Of a stretch of DNA of 64,000 bases, positions 47,791 to 58,331 are shown piece by piece (position 1 is the stretch's first letter; each line of letters begins with the position of its first letter). The notes under the pieces were generated by a model. It saw nothing but the letters and a program-made list of their open reading frames with translations. It searched no databases and was not told the origin of the DNA. The position numbers were made by a program, and so were the translations under genes. Source of the DNA: Acidimicrobiia bacterium (GTDB lineage Bacteria; Actinomycetota; Acidimicrobiia; Spongiisociales; ZC4RG35). The stretch spans positions 2,976,001 to 3,040,000 of the forward strand of contig OZ244034.1 in the NCBI GenBank assembly GCA_965215185.1. Reading direction: 5' to 3'.

Positions 47791-48789
47791 ATGACCACAG
47801 AATCTAGCTCACGCGTCGGGGCGATCATCCCGACATCCATCGCCGGCCCGGAAGACATAGCCTCCGCTGCCCGATTCGTCGAGGATGCCGGGTTCGGCGA
47901 GGTCTGGGTCGCCGAGGACTACTTCTTCTACGGTGGCATGTCTACGGCGGGCTTGGTGCTCGAAACGACCGAATCCATCCAGGTCGGCCTCGGCGTCGTG
48001 GCGAGCGTGGCTCGCCATCCGGCTGTGACCGCCATGGAGTTCGCCACCCTCGGCAGGGCCTACCCCGGCCGCTTCCTCCCCGGGATCGGTCACGGGGTAC
48101 CGGCATGGACCAAGCAGATGGGCCTGTACCCGAAGAGCCCGCTCGGCGTGTTCCGTGAGGTCGCCACCAGCGTCCGCCGGCTGGTCGAAGGCGAGACCCT
48201 GGACGAATCCGGTCATTACACCTTCAACTCGGTCACCCTCACCCATCCTTCGCCCGGGTTGGAGATCCTCGGCGGGGTGGTAGGACCCAAATCGTTGCAG
48301 CTGTCCGGCGAGTTGATGGACGGGACCGTACTGTCGGTGCTGGCCGGTCCCAAGTATGTCGAGTACTCCATCGACCATACATCCAGAGGCATGGCGAAGG
48401 CCGGGCGGTCCGGTGACCACCTACTCCCGACGTTTGCCCTGTTCGCGGTGGACGAGGACGGCGACGCTGCTCGGGCTTCCGCCAGAGGAATCGTCGCCTT
48501 CTACCTTTTTGCAGTCGGGCCGACTCCCCTTACCGGGGTTTACGACGCCAACCCGGCGCTCATCGACATGCTCCAGCGGGGCGGGCCGGAGAAGGTCGCT
48601 GAGGAAATGCCCGACGAATGGCTCGAAACGTTCGCCGTGGTGGGCACACCCTCCGAATGCGCGACGAAGATCGAGGCCCTGCTGGCTGCCGGCGCCTCGT
48701 CTGTGGTCCTGTTCCCGGTCGCTGCCGATCAGAGCCGCACCCAGCTCGAGATCGCGTCCCGGCAAGTTCTCCCCAAGATCGGCAATTGA
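47791..48789 (+). CDS. LLM class flavin/F420-dependent oxidoreductase
   Basis: GFGEVWVAED, RHPAVTAMEFATL, GRFLPGIG, GPKSL.LSGE..DG, VVGTP.EC. Confidence 0.88.
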   Translation: MTTESSSRVGAIIPTSIAGPEDIASAARFVEDAGFGEVWVAEDYFFYGGMSTAGLVLETTESIQVGLGVVASVARHPAVTAMEFATLGRAYPGRFLPGIGHGVPAWTKQMGLYPKSPLGVFREVATSVRRLVEGETLDESGHYTFNSVTLTHPSPGLEILGGVVGPKSLQLSGELMDGTVLSVLAGPKYVEYSIDHTSRGMAKAGRSGDHLLPTFALFAVDEDGDAARASARGIVAFYLFAVGPTPLTGVYDANPALIDMLQRGGPEKVAEEMPDEWLETFAVVGTPSECATKIEALLAAGASSVVLFPVAADQSRTQLEIASRQVLPKIGN

Positions 48790-48883
48790 ACATGTGCTAC
48801 CCGGACCCGCACAACACGAAGGTCGCAGAGCCCGGCTGTAAGTGCCGGTTGCCGGACATATCCGCTCGTAGAGGAGTCGTGAC

Positions 48884-49762
48884 ATGAAAGTCAGAAGAGT
48901 TACGACCACCGAGGAGGCGTTGGAGGCGCTGGCCGAGCTCGGAAGCGCCGCCCAGCCCCTCGCCGGTGGAACCGACGTGATGGTGCAGCTGTCCCGCAGC
49001 GAGATCTCACCCGAGGTGTTGGTACCCATCCATGAGTTGGAGGAGCTGTCCAACATCGAGGTCAACGGCGGGCCACGGGTCGGAGCGCTCGTCACCCATG
49101 AGACGCTCGCCAAGGGAGCACTGGGATCGGCTTACCGGAGCGTGGCCGAGGCTGCTGTCACCGTAGGTGGGTGGCAGACCCAGGCGGTGGGAACGCTGGG
49201 AGGGAACATCTGCAATGCCTCCCCGGCCGCGGACACCCTACCCCCGCTGCTGGTTCACGATGCCGAAGTGGAGTTGCGATCCAGGACCGGGATGCGCACC
49301 CTTTCATTGGGCGAGTTCATCGTCGGTCGAAGAGAGACCCTTCGGGAACCGGATGAGTTGCTTACAGCGGTCGGACTCGCTCCAGGCGCCGAGCGGAGCG
49401 GCGATGTGTACCTCAAGGTCGGCCGGAGGGGCGCCATGGAGGTAGCCATCGTGGGTCTTGCCATGCGTCTCGTCTTCGATGAGAACGAGACCGTCTCGAC
49501 GGCCCGCCTCGCTCTCGCGTCGGTGGCGCCGGTGCCGCTACGGGTACGAGCGGCCGAGGCACTGCTGGAAGGCCAGGCCCTGGACGGATCGACCCTGGAC
49601 CTGGCGTCCGAAGCAGTACTCGAAGCAATCAACCCGATCGATGATCTGCGGGCCTCGGCTTCCTACCGTCGGCTTCTGATCCCCGGGCTGGTCCGTCGCG
49701 CCGCCGGTATGTGCGCCGGCCGGGCCGGGATCTCAACCGAAGTGGAGGAGGTGCAATCATGA
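48884..49762 (+). CDS. Xanthine dehydrogenase family FAD subunit (cluster 1)
   Basis: LAGGTD, GTLGGNICNASPAAD, PIDDLRASASYR. Confidence 0.92.
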   Translation: MKVRRVTTTEEALEALAELGSAAQPLAGGTDVMVQLSRSEISPEVLVPIHELEELSNIEVNGGPRVGALVTHETLAKGALGSAYRSVAEAAVTVGGWQTQAVGTLGGNICNASPAADTLPPLLVHDAEVELRSRTGMRTLSLGEFIVGRRETLREPDELLTAVGLAPGAERSGDVYLKVGRRGAMEVAIVGLAMRLVFDENETVSTARLALASVAPVPLRVRAAEALLEGQALDGSTLDLASEAVLEAINPIDDLRASASYRRLLIPGLVRRAAGMCAGRAGISTEVEEVQS

Positions 49763-50232
49763 GATCACCAGTCTCGTTCGCCGTCAACGGGCGGGGGGTG
49801 ACGGCCGATGTCGACGGTGCTGCCACCCTTCTCGATGTCATCCGCAACAACCTCGGGCTCACCGGAACGAAGGAGGGCTGCAACGAGGGCGAGTGCGGGG
49901 CTTGCACCGTCCTCATCGACGGCAAGCCTGTCCACTCGTGCATCTACCCGGCCATATCCGTCGCGGGTCACTCGGTGGTGACCGTCGAGGGCATGTCGGC
50001 CACGGGGACGGGTCGGGCCGTGCAGGAGGCTTTTTGGGACTCCGGCGGTATCCAGTGCGGGTTCTGCACCCCGGGTTTCATAGTGACCGTCACCGCCTTG
50101 CTGGAGGAGAACCCCGCCCCTAGCGAGGATGAGGTGCGCCTGGCCCTAGCAGGAAACATCTGCCGTTGTACCGGCTATAGCCAGATACTCGACGCCGTAG
50201 CAGGAGTCGTAAGTGGGAAGGAGCGAACGTGA
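49759..50232 (+). CDS. (2Fe-2S) subunit (cluster 1)
   Basis: GTKEGCNEGECGACT, QCGFCTPG, GNICRCTGY. Confidence 0.93.
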   Translation: MRSPVSFAVNGRGVTADVDGAATLLDVIRNNLGLTGTKEGCNEGECGACTVLIDGKPVHSCIYPAISVAGHSVVTVEGMSATGTGRAVQEAFWDSGGIQCGFCTPGFIVTVTALLEENPAPSEDEVRLALAGNICRCTGYSQILDAVAGVVSGKERT

Positions 50233-52532
50233 CGATTGTAGGTGAGCGATTCCGCCGGACCGACGGTGAGCCCAAGGCGCGGGGCGAAGCCATCTTCGGC
50301 GTGGACTATCTGCCCCAGGGAACGATCCACGGCGTGCTGCTCCGGTCGCCGGTGCCCTCAGGCCGGATCGTCAAACTTGATGTGTCGGCGACTGAGCAGA
50401 TGCCCGGGGTTCGTGCCGTGGTGACCTCCGCCGACATGCCCGACAGCCTGGCCGGATGGGTGCTGCGCGAGCAGCCGATGTTCGCCCGGGATCGGGTCAG
50501 GTACGAGGGAGAGCCGGTGGCGGCAGTCGCCGCGGACACCCTCGAACAGGCCAGGCAGGCGCGCGACGCCATCGTCCTCGAGATCGAGGAGACCCCGGCC
50601 GTGGCCGACCTCGACTTCGCGTTGAGCGACGACTCGCCGCTGCTGCACCCCGACTGGGAGAGCTACGTGCCCATGCTGGGCGAGTACCCGAGACGTAGGA
50701 ACATCGCCGCCGAGTGCATCTCGGATCCCGAGGGTGTCGACGAGGCCTTTGCGACGGCCGACCGGATCATCGAGGACGAATACCGCGTGCAGCGGCAGTA
50801 TCAGGCGTACATCGAGCCCAAGGCAGCTGTCGTCATCTATCAGGGCGGCCGGTACGAGGTACACACGGCCCACCAGTTCCCGTTCAACGTGCGGGACCGT
50901 ATAGCTCAGTACCTGGACATCCGTCCCTCGCAGATCCGGGTGATAGGTCACACGATCGGGGGAGGGTTCGGAGCCAAGCTCGACGCCGGTATCGAGCCTC
51001 ACGCCTGCGCTCTGTCCAGGGCGGCCGGGGGTCTCCCGGTGAAGATCGTCAACAACCGTGCCGAGGACATGCTCACGTGTCCCTCCCGCGAGGACGCGGT
51101 TACCCGCATCAGGACGGCGCTCGACAAGGACGGCAACATGACCGCCCGCGAGCTCGTGGTGATCGCCGGCAACGGGGCCTACAGCGGTGAGATGCCCTGG
51201 CTGGCCTCCATCGCCCTGCACTGCGCGCGGGGCGTCTACAGGGCCGGACCGACCCGGGTCAAGTCCTGGCTCGTCTACACGAACACCGCTCCGACCGGCG
51301 CCTTCCGGGGTGTCAACGGTGCCTACCTCTACCATGCCGTCGAGCGGCATATGGACCACATCGCCGCCGAGTTGGGACGCGATCGGCGCGAGTATCGCCT
51401 CGAGCACCTGTTCCGGGCCGGTGAGGTGCTCCTCAACGGCCAGGTTCTCGACGACGCGGGCATCCTCCGGGAAGCCTTCGATGTCGTGGAGGGAGCCGCC
51501 CCCTGGAAGGAGCGGCTCGCCGCCACGGCCGGTCCGATGAAGGGGGTTGGTATCGGCGCCGCCTGGTGGGTCACCAATCCGATGCCCGGCACCGCGACCC
51601 TCAAGCTGAACGAGGACGGCACGATCGGTGTCATCACCGCCGCCACCGACAACGGCTCGGGCGCGGTGACGCTCGGCATCACCCAGATCGTGGCCGAGAA
51701 ACTCGGTGTGCAGCCGGAGGATGTGTACGTGACTATGCCGGACACCGACGTGGCAGGATTCGATGCCGGTTCGCAGGGGAGCCGCACGACCCGGATCGTC
51801 GGGAAGGCCGCCTCTATCGCCGCCGACGAGGTGATCGGTAAGATCAAGCAGACCGCCTCCGATCTTCTGGAGGCGGCACCCAGCGACATCGTCGTATCCG
51901 ACGGAAAGGCATACGTGGCGGGTTCGCCCGATGCGGGTCTCTCGCTTGCGGATGTGGCGGCCACGGCCACCTGGACGGTAGGTCCCATCCAGGGCACTGG
52001 TTCGTTCCTCACGCCCTTCCCCGATTTCAATCCCGGTTGCGCTACCGGACTCATGTTCCCGTCCTTCCCGACCCCCACCTATCACGTCCATCTGGCGGAG
52101 GTGGAAGTCGATCCGGTGACCGGAAACGTCAAGGTGACGAGGTACGTGGTGGCCCAGGAGGTGGGGAAGATAATCAGCCCCGACGGCGCCTACGGCCAGG
52201 TGTCGGGTGGTGTGACCCAAGGCATCGGCTACGCCCTGTACGAGAGCCTCGCCATCGGTGAGGACGGGCGTTACAAGGAGAGGAACCTCGAGAACTACCG
52301 ACTGCCCCTGGCCGTCGACATTCCCCGGGTCGAGTTCTTCCCTCTGGAGCATCCCGATCCGGACGGACCCTTCGGCGCCAAGGGAGTCGGCGAGAACTCC
52401 GTACTCCTGGGCGGCGCGGTGATAGCGAACGCGGTAGCCGATGCCGTAGGCGCGCCGTTCGATCAGCTGCCCATAAAGCCGGAAGCGGTCTTGAAGGCGA
52501 TCGCAGCCAAGCGTGAGGCACCTGTGGCATGA
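50229..52532 (+). CDS. Molybdopterin-binding subunit (cluster 1), substrate unknown
   Basis: GGGFGAK, loop GAFRGVNG, GSQGSR, GAKGVGE. Confidence 0.92.
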   Translation: MTIVGERFRRTDGEPKARGEAIFGVDYLPQGTIHGVLLRSPVPSGRIVKLDVSATEQMPGVRAVVTSADMPDSLAGWVLREQPMFARDRVRYEGEPVAAVAADTLEQARQARDAIVLEIEETPAVADLDFALSDDSPLLHPDWESYVPMLGEYPRRRNIAAECISDPEGVDEAFATADRIIEDEYRVQRQYQAYIEPKAAVVIYQGGRYEVHTAHQFPFNVRDRIAQYLDIRPSQIRVIGHTIGGGFGAKLDAGIEPHACALSRAAGGLPVKIVNNRAEDMLTCPSREDAVTRIRTALDKDGNMTARELVVIAGNGAYSGEMPWLASIALHCARGVYRAGPTRVKSWLVYTNTAPTGAFRGVNGAYLYHAVERHMDHIAAELGRDRREYRLEHLFRAGEVLLNGQVLDDAGILREAFDVVEGAAPWKERLAATAGPMKGVGIGAAWWVTNPMPGTATLKLNEDGTIGVITAATDNGSGAVTLGITQIVAEKLGVQPEDVYVTMPDTDVAGFDAGSQGSRTTRIVGKAASIAADEVIGKIKQTASDLLEAAPSDIVVSDGKAYVAGSPDAGLSLADVAATATWTVGPIQGTGSFLTPFPDFNPGCATGLMFPSFPTPTYHVHLAEVEVDPVTGNVKVTRYVVAQEVGKIISPDGAYGQVSGGVTQGIGYALYESLAIGEDGRYKERNLENYRLPLAVDIPRVEFFPLEHPDPDGPFGAKGVGENSVLLGGAVIANAVADAVGAPFDQLPIKPEAVLKAIAAKREAPVA

Positions 52533-52845
52533 GCCGGGACGTGCCGGAGTCATGCGGAAGGAGGACCCGCCACTGAAGTTCGGATAGTTGTGCAGCCACG
52601 AGTCGTACCAACCCGAACGCCTCGTGCGATACACCCTCGTCGACGGGGCCGAAGTCCTGATAGAGACCTACAAGCCACTCGTGCATGAGATTGACGCCGA
52701 CTACGTATCCCTCCAAGTGGCGAGCAAGCAACCGGAGAGGACCATAGAGATACACCGCAAGGAAGTACTGCCCGAGTTGCGTAGTCCCTTGTAGGGACCG
52801 ATATCACTCTGGGTTCAGGTGGATCTCCAGGATCCCGGCCGACTC

Positions 52846-53322
52846 CTAAGCTCGCAGCCGCCCTGCGGCGTCAAGGACCGAGTCGATGACGAACTGGTAG
52901 CCCGTGCACCGACACAGGTTGCCGGACAAACGCTCGCGAACCTCGGCTTCCGACGGGTTGGGAGACTCCCTGAGAAGTTCTGTTGCGGTGATCAGGATTC
53001 CAGAGGTGCAGAACCCGCACTGGAGTCCATGGTTGTCCCGGAACGCTTCCTGCAGCGGGTTCAACCTGCCGTTCTCCGCCAAACCCTCGACCGTGGTAAT
53101 GGTGCTTCCATCGGCCTGCACAGCGAGCATCAGACACGAGCGAGCCGAGACGCCATCGACCAGGATCGTGCACGCGCCGCAAACTCCGTGCTCGCAGCCG
53201 AGATGAGTTCCCGTCAGTCCGCACTCGTGGCGGATGAAATCCGCCAGCGTCAGCCGCGCCTCGCAAACACCCTCATACCGATGACCGTTGATCGTCATGC
53301 TCACAGTCTGCATGTCGCTCAT
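52846..53322 (-). CDS. (2Fe-2S) subunit (cluster 2)
   Basis: GTHLGCEHGVCGACT, QCGFCT, GNLCRCTGY. Confidence 0.93.
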   Translation of the reverse strand: MSDMQTVSMTINGHRYEGVCEARLTLADFIRHECGLTGTHLGCEHGVCGACTILVDGVSARSCLMLAVQADGSTITTVEGLAENGRLNPLQEAFRDNHGLQCGFCTSGILITATELLRESPNPSEAEVRERLSGNLCRCTGYQFVIDSVLDAAGRLRA

Positions 53323-54197
53323 CCCACACCCCCCTTCGCTCGTTCGACCGCTTGAATCAGGGCACGTCTCACGAACACCCGGGTCATGTCCCTCCGGTAC
53401 GCCTCGGACCCATGGATATCCCCAACGGGATTCACTGCTCCGGCGGCCGCCTGGGCCGCAGCCTCGATCGCTTCGTCTGATGGCTCTGTGCCGAGCAGAC
53501 CGGATTCGGCGTCGCGCGACCTGGCCGGAGCCGCCTCGACACCTCCGAGGGCGATCCGGGCCATGTCACACCTCCCGTTCCGGTCCAGATGCACCACCGC
53601 CATCGCGATCACGATGGCGAAGTCACCATGACGCCGAGCAAGCTCGGTAATCGCGGCCCCGGTTCCGTCAGCAGAGCACGGAACCCTGACCGAGGTGATC
53701 ATTTCAGTCGGTGCGAGTTCAGTGGTCATCGGACCGACCACAAGGTCGTCAGCCTGGACCGTTCGCGTGCCGTCGGAACCTTCGACCACTACCTCACCAT
53801 CGAGAGCGAGCAGGGCAACCGGGAGTTCGGCTGCCGGATCAGCGTGGGCGAGGCTACCGCCGATCGTACCCCGATTCCGGATGGTGACGTGTCCGACATG
53901 GCCGAGCGTCTCCGCCAACACCGGCACGTTGTCACGGACCAACCGGCTGGTCTCGACGGTCCGCTGCCTGGTCATAGCACCGATCACGATGTGCCCGTTG
54001 TCCTCCCCGATGTGGTCGAGGTCGGTCGCCGGGTTCAGGTCGATCAGAACTCCGGGTTGGACCAAGCGGTAGCTCATCAACGGCACCAGGCTCTGGCCGC
54101 CGGCGAGGAGCTTGGCTTCGTCGCCGTGCTCGCCGAGGAGGGCGACTGCATGTTCGCGCCCCTCGGCTCGCTGATACTTGACTGACGGTGGCTTCAT
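53319..54197 (-). CDS. FAD subunit (cluster 2)
   Basis: LAGGQSLVP, IRNRGTIGGSLAHADPAAE, RRHGDFA. Confidence 0.92.
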   Translation of the reverse strand: MKPPSVKYQRAEGREHAVALLGEHGDEAKLLAGGQSLVPLMSYRLVQPGVLIDLNPATDLDHIGEDNGHIVIGAMTRQRTVETSRLVRDNVPVLAETLGHVGHVTIRNRGTIGGSLAHADPAAELPVALLALDGEVVVEGSDGTRTVQADDLVVGPMTTELAPTEMITSVRVPCSADGTGAAITELARRHGDFAIVIAMAVVHLDRNGRCDMARIALGGVEAAPARSRDAESGLLGTEPSDEAIEAAAQAAAGAVNPVGDIHGSEAYRRDMTRVFVRRALIQAVERAKGGVG

Positions 54198-56578
54198 GAC
54201 GACACCTCCCCGTTCTCTGCGTGCCGTATCTTCTCGAGGAGACGCATGGGGGTCATCGGGAACCTCGTAACGGTGACACCGATGTCGGAGAGCGCGTCAT
54301 CGATAGCCGAACCGACCAACGAGACACCGGCGATCGTGCCCGACTCGCCCACGCCTTTCATCCCACCGGGAATGTGCGGCGATGGCGTCTCCTGGTGGAT
54401 GACCTTGAACGGCGGGATTTCCATGGCGGTCGGGATCAGGTAGTCCATGAAACTCGTGGTCAGCAACTGACCCTCTTCGTCATAGACGAGTTCTTCGAAC
54501 AGCGCCCCTCCGAAGGCCTGCGTGAATCCGCCCGCCAACTGTCCATCGACGAGCAGCGGGTTGATCACCGTCCCACAATCGTCGGTCTGTACGAAATCGA
54601 GGAGTTTCACCACGCCGGTCTCGCGGTCCACTTCGACGAGCAAAGCGGCGCAGCCGAACGAGGTCGCCATGTTCTCGGGGTCGTAGACATCGGTTTCTTC
54701 GAGCGTCGGCGTCTCGTCCATGGGAAGGCGCCCGTTGAGGCGCCGGTACGCAGCATCGCCCACCTCCTGCATGGAGACGGTCTGGCCGGGTGAACCCTTC
54801 ACCGAGATGATGCCGCTCTCGATCACGAGGTCGGCCGGGGAAGCCTCCATGAGTTCAGCGGCAATCCGGAAGACCTTCTCCTTAAGCCTGGCCGTCGCTC
54901 TGATGATCGCTCCGCCGCCCAGCGGCGCGGCCCGGCTCCCACCGGTTCCGTAGCCCGTGTACGGGCACGAATCCGTGTCGCCGGTAACGACTTTGACATC
55001 CTCGATCGGCACCCCGAGCCCGTCCGCAGCGATCTGGGCATAGATCGTATGGGTACCTTGACCCATATTGATCTGACCGCTGTAGACGGTCACCTTGCCC
55101 ATCGGGTCGATCCGAACGACCTCTTCGTCGAACCCCGAGTGCTGCAGCCCGACCAGATTGAGGATCCGGCTCGGCCCGTACGCGCTGGGCTCAATATGGA
55201 ACGAGTACCCGATTCCCAGCGACCGGCCGTCGGCGCGGGCATCGGCTTGGCGTTGACGCCACCCGAGTTCGTCGACCGCGGACAGGGTCGAGTCCAGCGC
55301 GTCGGCATAACGCCCGCTGTCGTATGTAAAGGCGACGCCGCTGAAGTGCGGGAACTCCTCCGGCGTGGGAAAGTTCATCCTGCGCACCTCGTTGGGGTCC
55401 AATCCCAGTTTCCGAGAAGCGATCTCGAGCAGGCGCTCGTGCACGATGTTCCCGTTCTGCACACCCCAGGCTCGGAACGATCCGAAGGGTGAACGATTGG
55501 TCATCACGGGTTTCACCGTCACATTGATGTTGGGGATCTTGTATGGACCCATGCAGGTCAGGGTCGACGCCCAGGCGGGCCCGGATCCGACAGTGCCGAG
55601 GGCGCCTCCCATCACTCCATATGTGGTACCGCGCAGACCGGTGATGGTGCCGTCGCTCTTGAATGCCATCTCGTAATCGAGCCGCATCTCGCGCGAATGC
55701 ACCGTTGCGAAGAAGCTGTCACGACGGTCCTCTACCAGTTTGACAGGACGACCCGTGCGCCTGGAGAGCACCGAGGCCATCACCTCCTCGCCATAGAAAT
55801 CGAACTTGTTTCCGAACCCGCCGCCCAGATCCGGGGTTCGGACCCGGATGTGGTTGACAGGCATTTCGAACACCTCGGATAAGAGATCACGGGCCAGGTT
55901 GGGCGATTGGGTAGAAATCCACACATCGAGCGTCCCCGCGAACGGATCCCACGACGCGATGCAACCCCTCGGTTCGAGTGGACACCCCAAGGCCCGACCG
56001 TGCTCAAGTATTTCCCCGACGACCAGGTCGGCCTCGGCGAAAGCGGATGCAGCGTCACCGAACTCATAGGTCAGAGATCCGCTGACGTTGTCCGGCCAGT
56101 CGTCGTAGATCTTGGGTCCGCCTTCGGCCAGAGCGACATCGAGGTCCGCGACGACAGGTAGAGGCTCGTACTCGACATTGATGAGGGCGAGTGCATCCTC
56201 GGCGACGTACCGGTTCGCCGCGGCGATCACAGCAACGGCTTGGCCGACCCACCGAACGCGATCAACCGCCAACGCGTGGAAGCGCGCCATACGTTGCCCT
56301 GGAATCGGGTGCCAGATGATCGGTTGCTCGTTTGCGACTGCGGCGAGGTCCTGGCCGGTGACTACATCGAACACGCCCGGCAGCGCACGAGCTTCTGCGA
56401 CATCGATGCTGGTGATGTCGGCGTGTGCGTAAGGACTGCGTAGGACAGTTGCCTCGAGCATACGGGGTACGGATATGTCGTCGATGTATTGGCCGTTCCC
56501 CGCGAGAAGACGAGGATCCTCCCGACGTCGGACTGATGACCCGACGAACTTGCTCGGAGCACTCTCGGTGACGGTCAT
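54194..56578 (-). CDS. CoxL-like molybdopterin subunit (cluster 2), not form I
   Basis: RREDPRLL.G, GGGFGNK, loop GSFRAWG, YDSG.Y, GTGGSR, GMKGVGE. Confidence 0.9.
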   Translation of the reverse strand: MTVTESAPSKFVGSSVRRREDPRLLAGNGQYIDDISVPRMLEATVLRSPYAHADITSIDVAEARALPGVFDVVTGQDLAAVANEQPIIWHPIPGQRMARFHALAVDRVRWVGQAVAVIAAANRYVAEDALALINVEYEPLPVVADLDVALAEGGPKIYDDWPDNVSGSLTYEFGDAASAFAEADLVVGEILEHGRALGCPLEPRGCIASWDPFAGTLDVWISTQSPNLARDLLSEVFEMPVNHIRVRTPDLGGGFGNKFDFYGEEVMASVLSRRTGRPVKLVEDRRDSFFATVHSREMRLDYEMAFKSDGTITGLRGTTYGVMGGALGTVGSGPAWASTLTCMGPYKIPNINVTVKPVMTNRSPFGSFRAWGVQNGNIVHERLLEIASRKLGLDPNEVRRMNFPTPEEFPHFSGVAFTYDSGRYADALDSTLSAVDELGWRQRQADARADGRSLGIGYSFHIEPSAYGPSRILNLVGLQHSGFDEEVVRIDPMGKVTVYSGQINMGQGTHTIYAQIAADGLGVPIEDVKVVTGDTDSCPYTGYGTGGSRAAPLGGGAIIRATARLKEKVFRIAAELMEASPADLVIESGIISVKGSPGQTVSMQEVGDAAYRRLNGRLPMDETPTLEETDVYDPENMATSFGCAALLVEVDRETGVVKLLDFVQTDDCGTVINPLLVDGQLAGGFTQAFGGALFEELVYDEEGQLLTTSFMDYLIPTAMEIPPFKVIHQETPSPHIPGGMKGVGESGTIAGVSLVGSAIDDALSDIGVTVTRFPMTPMRLLEKIRHAENGEVSS

Positions 56579-56993
56579 ACTTAGTCTCCTGTGCTGGTCG
56601 CGTCGTTCGGTGTGTGAGTGTAATAGGAGCGCGAAACCGGCGTCCCGTCCAGCGGCGAAGTATTTTGCAGTTCCTGCAAGCCTGGACCGGAGGTCGCTGG
56701 GGCCCGCCTCAAACTCGATCCAGGCTTGGGCCGCTCACAATCACCGGCAACCCGACGGCGTAGGAAGCGGCCAACCATCCCACTACCAATCCTGTCATCC
56801 GCCTCTGCGGGAGGGACGACCAGTTGTCGGCTCGGCGAGCCTAGGCCGGTGGTCGATTATCGACCGAACCTGCACCAGTTGGCGGCGTTGAGCAACCCAT
56901 ACGCCGATTTGACGGACATGTAACCAACGAATCCCGACGTAGATGGGCTGTCGGTGCTAGAAAAGGGGGTAGCGAACGCAGGAGGTTAGGTAG

Positions 56994-57869
56994 GTGTATC
57001 CATCCGCATTCGACTACTCGGCTCCCGAGTCCCTCGACGAGGCGCTGGCCACCCTCGGCGAGGTAGGGGACGAGGGTCGGGTTCTGGCCGGAGGTCAGAG
57101 CCTCATCCCGATGATGAAGCTCAGACTGGCGGTGCCTGACCACCTCGTCGACATCAACGGTGTGTCCGAGTTGTCATACATAAGCGAATCGAACGGCGAT
57201 CTGGCCGTAGGCGCCCTCGCCCGCCACGCCGATATCGCCGCGTCCGATCTGGTGAGCCGTACCAACAGCACCATGGCGTCGGCCGCGCCGTGGATATCCG
57301 ATCCCCTGGTGCGCAACCGGGGCACCTTGTGCGGTTCGGTGGCCCACTGTGACCCCGAGGGCGACTGGAACTCGGTCATGCTGGCGGTGGGCGCCTCGGT
57401 GGTGGCCCGCTCGTCGTCGGGAGAGAGGGTGATACCGATCTCCGACTTCGTGGTGGACTTCTTCACCAACGCTCTCGACCCGGGGGAGATGGTCACCGAG
57501 GTGAGGGTGCCCAAATACTCGGGTCCGGCTGGTGGCGCGTACCTCAAGCTGGAGCGCAAGATCGGCGACTACGCCACCGTAGGTGTGGCGACCCATCTCG
57601 TTCTCGACGGCTCGGGCAACGTGGCGGAGGCCGGCTTGGGCCTCACCGCCGTTTACGGGCACAACCTCAAGGTGACCGAGGCCGAGGCGATGATGGTGGG
57701 ACAGACTCCCGGAGACGAACTCTTCTCCGAGGCCGCGGCGATCGCAGCCCGGACCTGCGATCCGGACAGCAATGTGAGGGGTCCGGCCGAGTACAAGCGG
57801 GCGGTGGTCGCCGAATACACCCGGCGCGGCTTCGCCCAGGCACTGGCAGCGGCGCGAGGGGAGGGCTGA
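56994..57869 (+). CDS. coxM: Aerobic CO dehydrogenase medium (FAD) subunit
   Basis: LAGGQSLIPMMKLR, VRNRGT, KLERKIGDYA; M-S-L gene order. Confidence 0.92.
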   Translation: MYPSAFDYSAPESLDEALATLGEVGDEGRVLAGGQSLIPMMKLRLAVPDHLVDINGVSELSYISESNGDLAVGALARHADIAASDLVSRTNSTMASAAPWISDPLVRNRGTLCGSVAHCDPEGDWNSVMLAVGASVVARSSSGERVIPISDFVVDFFTNALDPGEMVTEVRVPKYSGPAGGAYLKLERKIGDYATVGVATHLVLDGSGNVAEAGLGLTAVYGHNLKVTEAEAMMVGQTPGDELFSEAAAIAARTCDPDSNVRGPAEYKRAVVAEYTRRGFAQALAAARGEG

Positions 57870-58330
57870 TGCAGATCACCACCACCGTAAACGGGACCAG
57901 CGAGACCAGGGATGTCGAGCCCCGTCGCCTGCTGGTCGACTTCATCCGTACCGACCTCGGCCTGACCGGCACCCACATCGGCTGCGACACGACTTCGTGC
58001 GGGGTCTGCACGGTGCTGTTCGACGGCCGGCCGGTCAAGTCCTGCACGATGTTCGCTGTCCAGGCCGACGGCAGGGAGATCACCACCGTGGAGGGCCTCG
58101 GGCAGAACGGGGGCCTGCACCCGGTCCAGGCGGCGTTCAAGCAGCATCACGGACTGCAGTGCGGCTTCTGCACGCCGGGCATGATGCTGGTGGGCGCCTC
58201 ACTACTAGAGAGCAACCCCACGCCGACCGACGACGAGGTTCGCTGGGCGATCTCCGGCAATCTCTGCCGCTGTACGGGATACATGAACATCGTGACTGCC
58301 ATCCAGGCAGCCGGTGGAGAGGGGAGCTGA
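57869..58330 (+). CDS. coxS: Aerobic CO dehydrogenase small (2Fe-2S) subunit
   Basis: GTHIGCDTTSCGVCT, HGLQCGFCTPG, ISGNLCRCTGY. Confidence 0.93.
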   Translation: MQITTTVNGTSETRDVEPRRLLVDFIRTDLGLTGTHIGCDTTSCGVCTVLFDGRPVKSCTMFAVQADGREITTVEGLGQNGGLHPVQAAFKQHHGLQCGFCTPGMMLVGASLLESNPTPTDDEVRWAISGNLCRCTGYMNIVTAIQAAGGEGS

Positions 58331-58331
58331 C

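Noticed and set aside
52588-52794. 68-aa ORF ending EVLPELR
   Set aside because: Possibly an LLM C-terminal remnant, but no RBS and too little evidence
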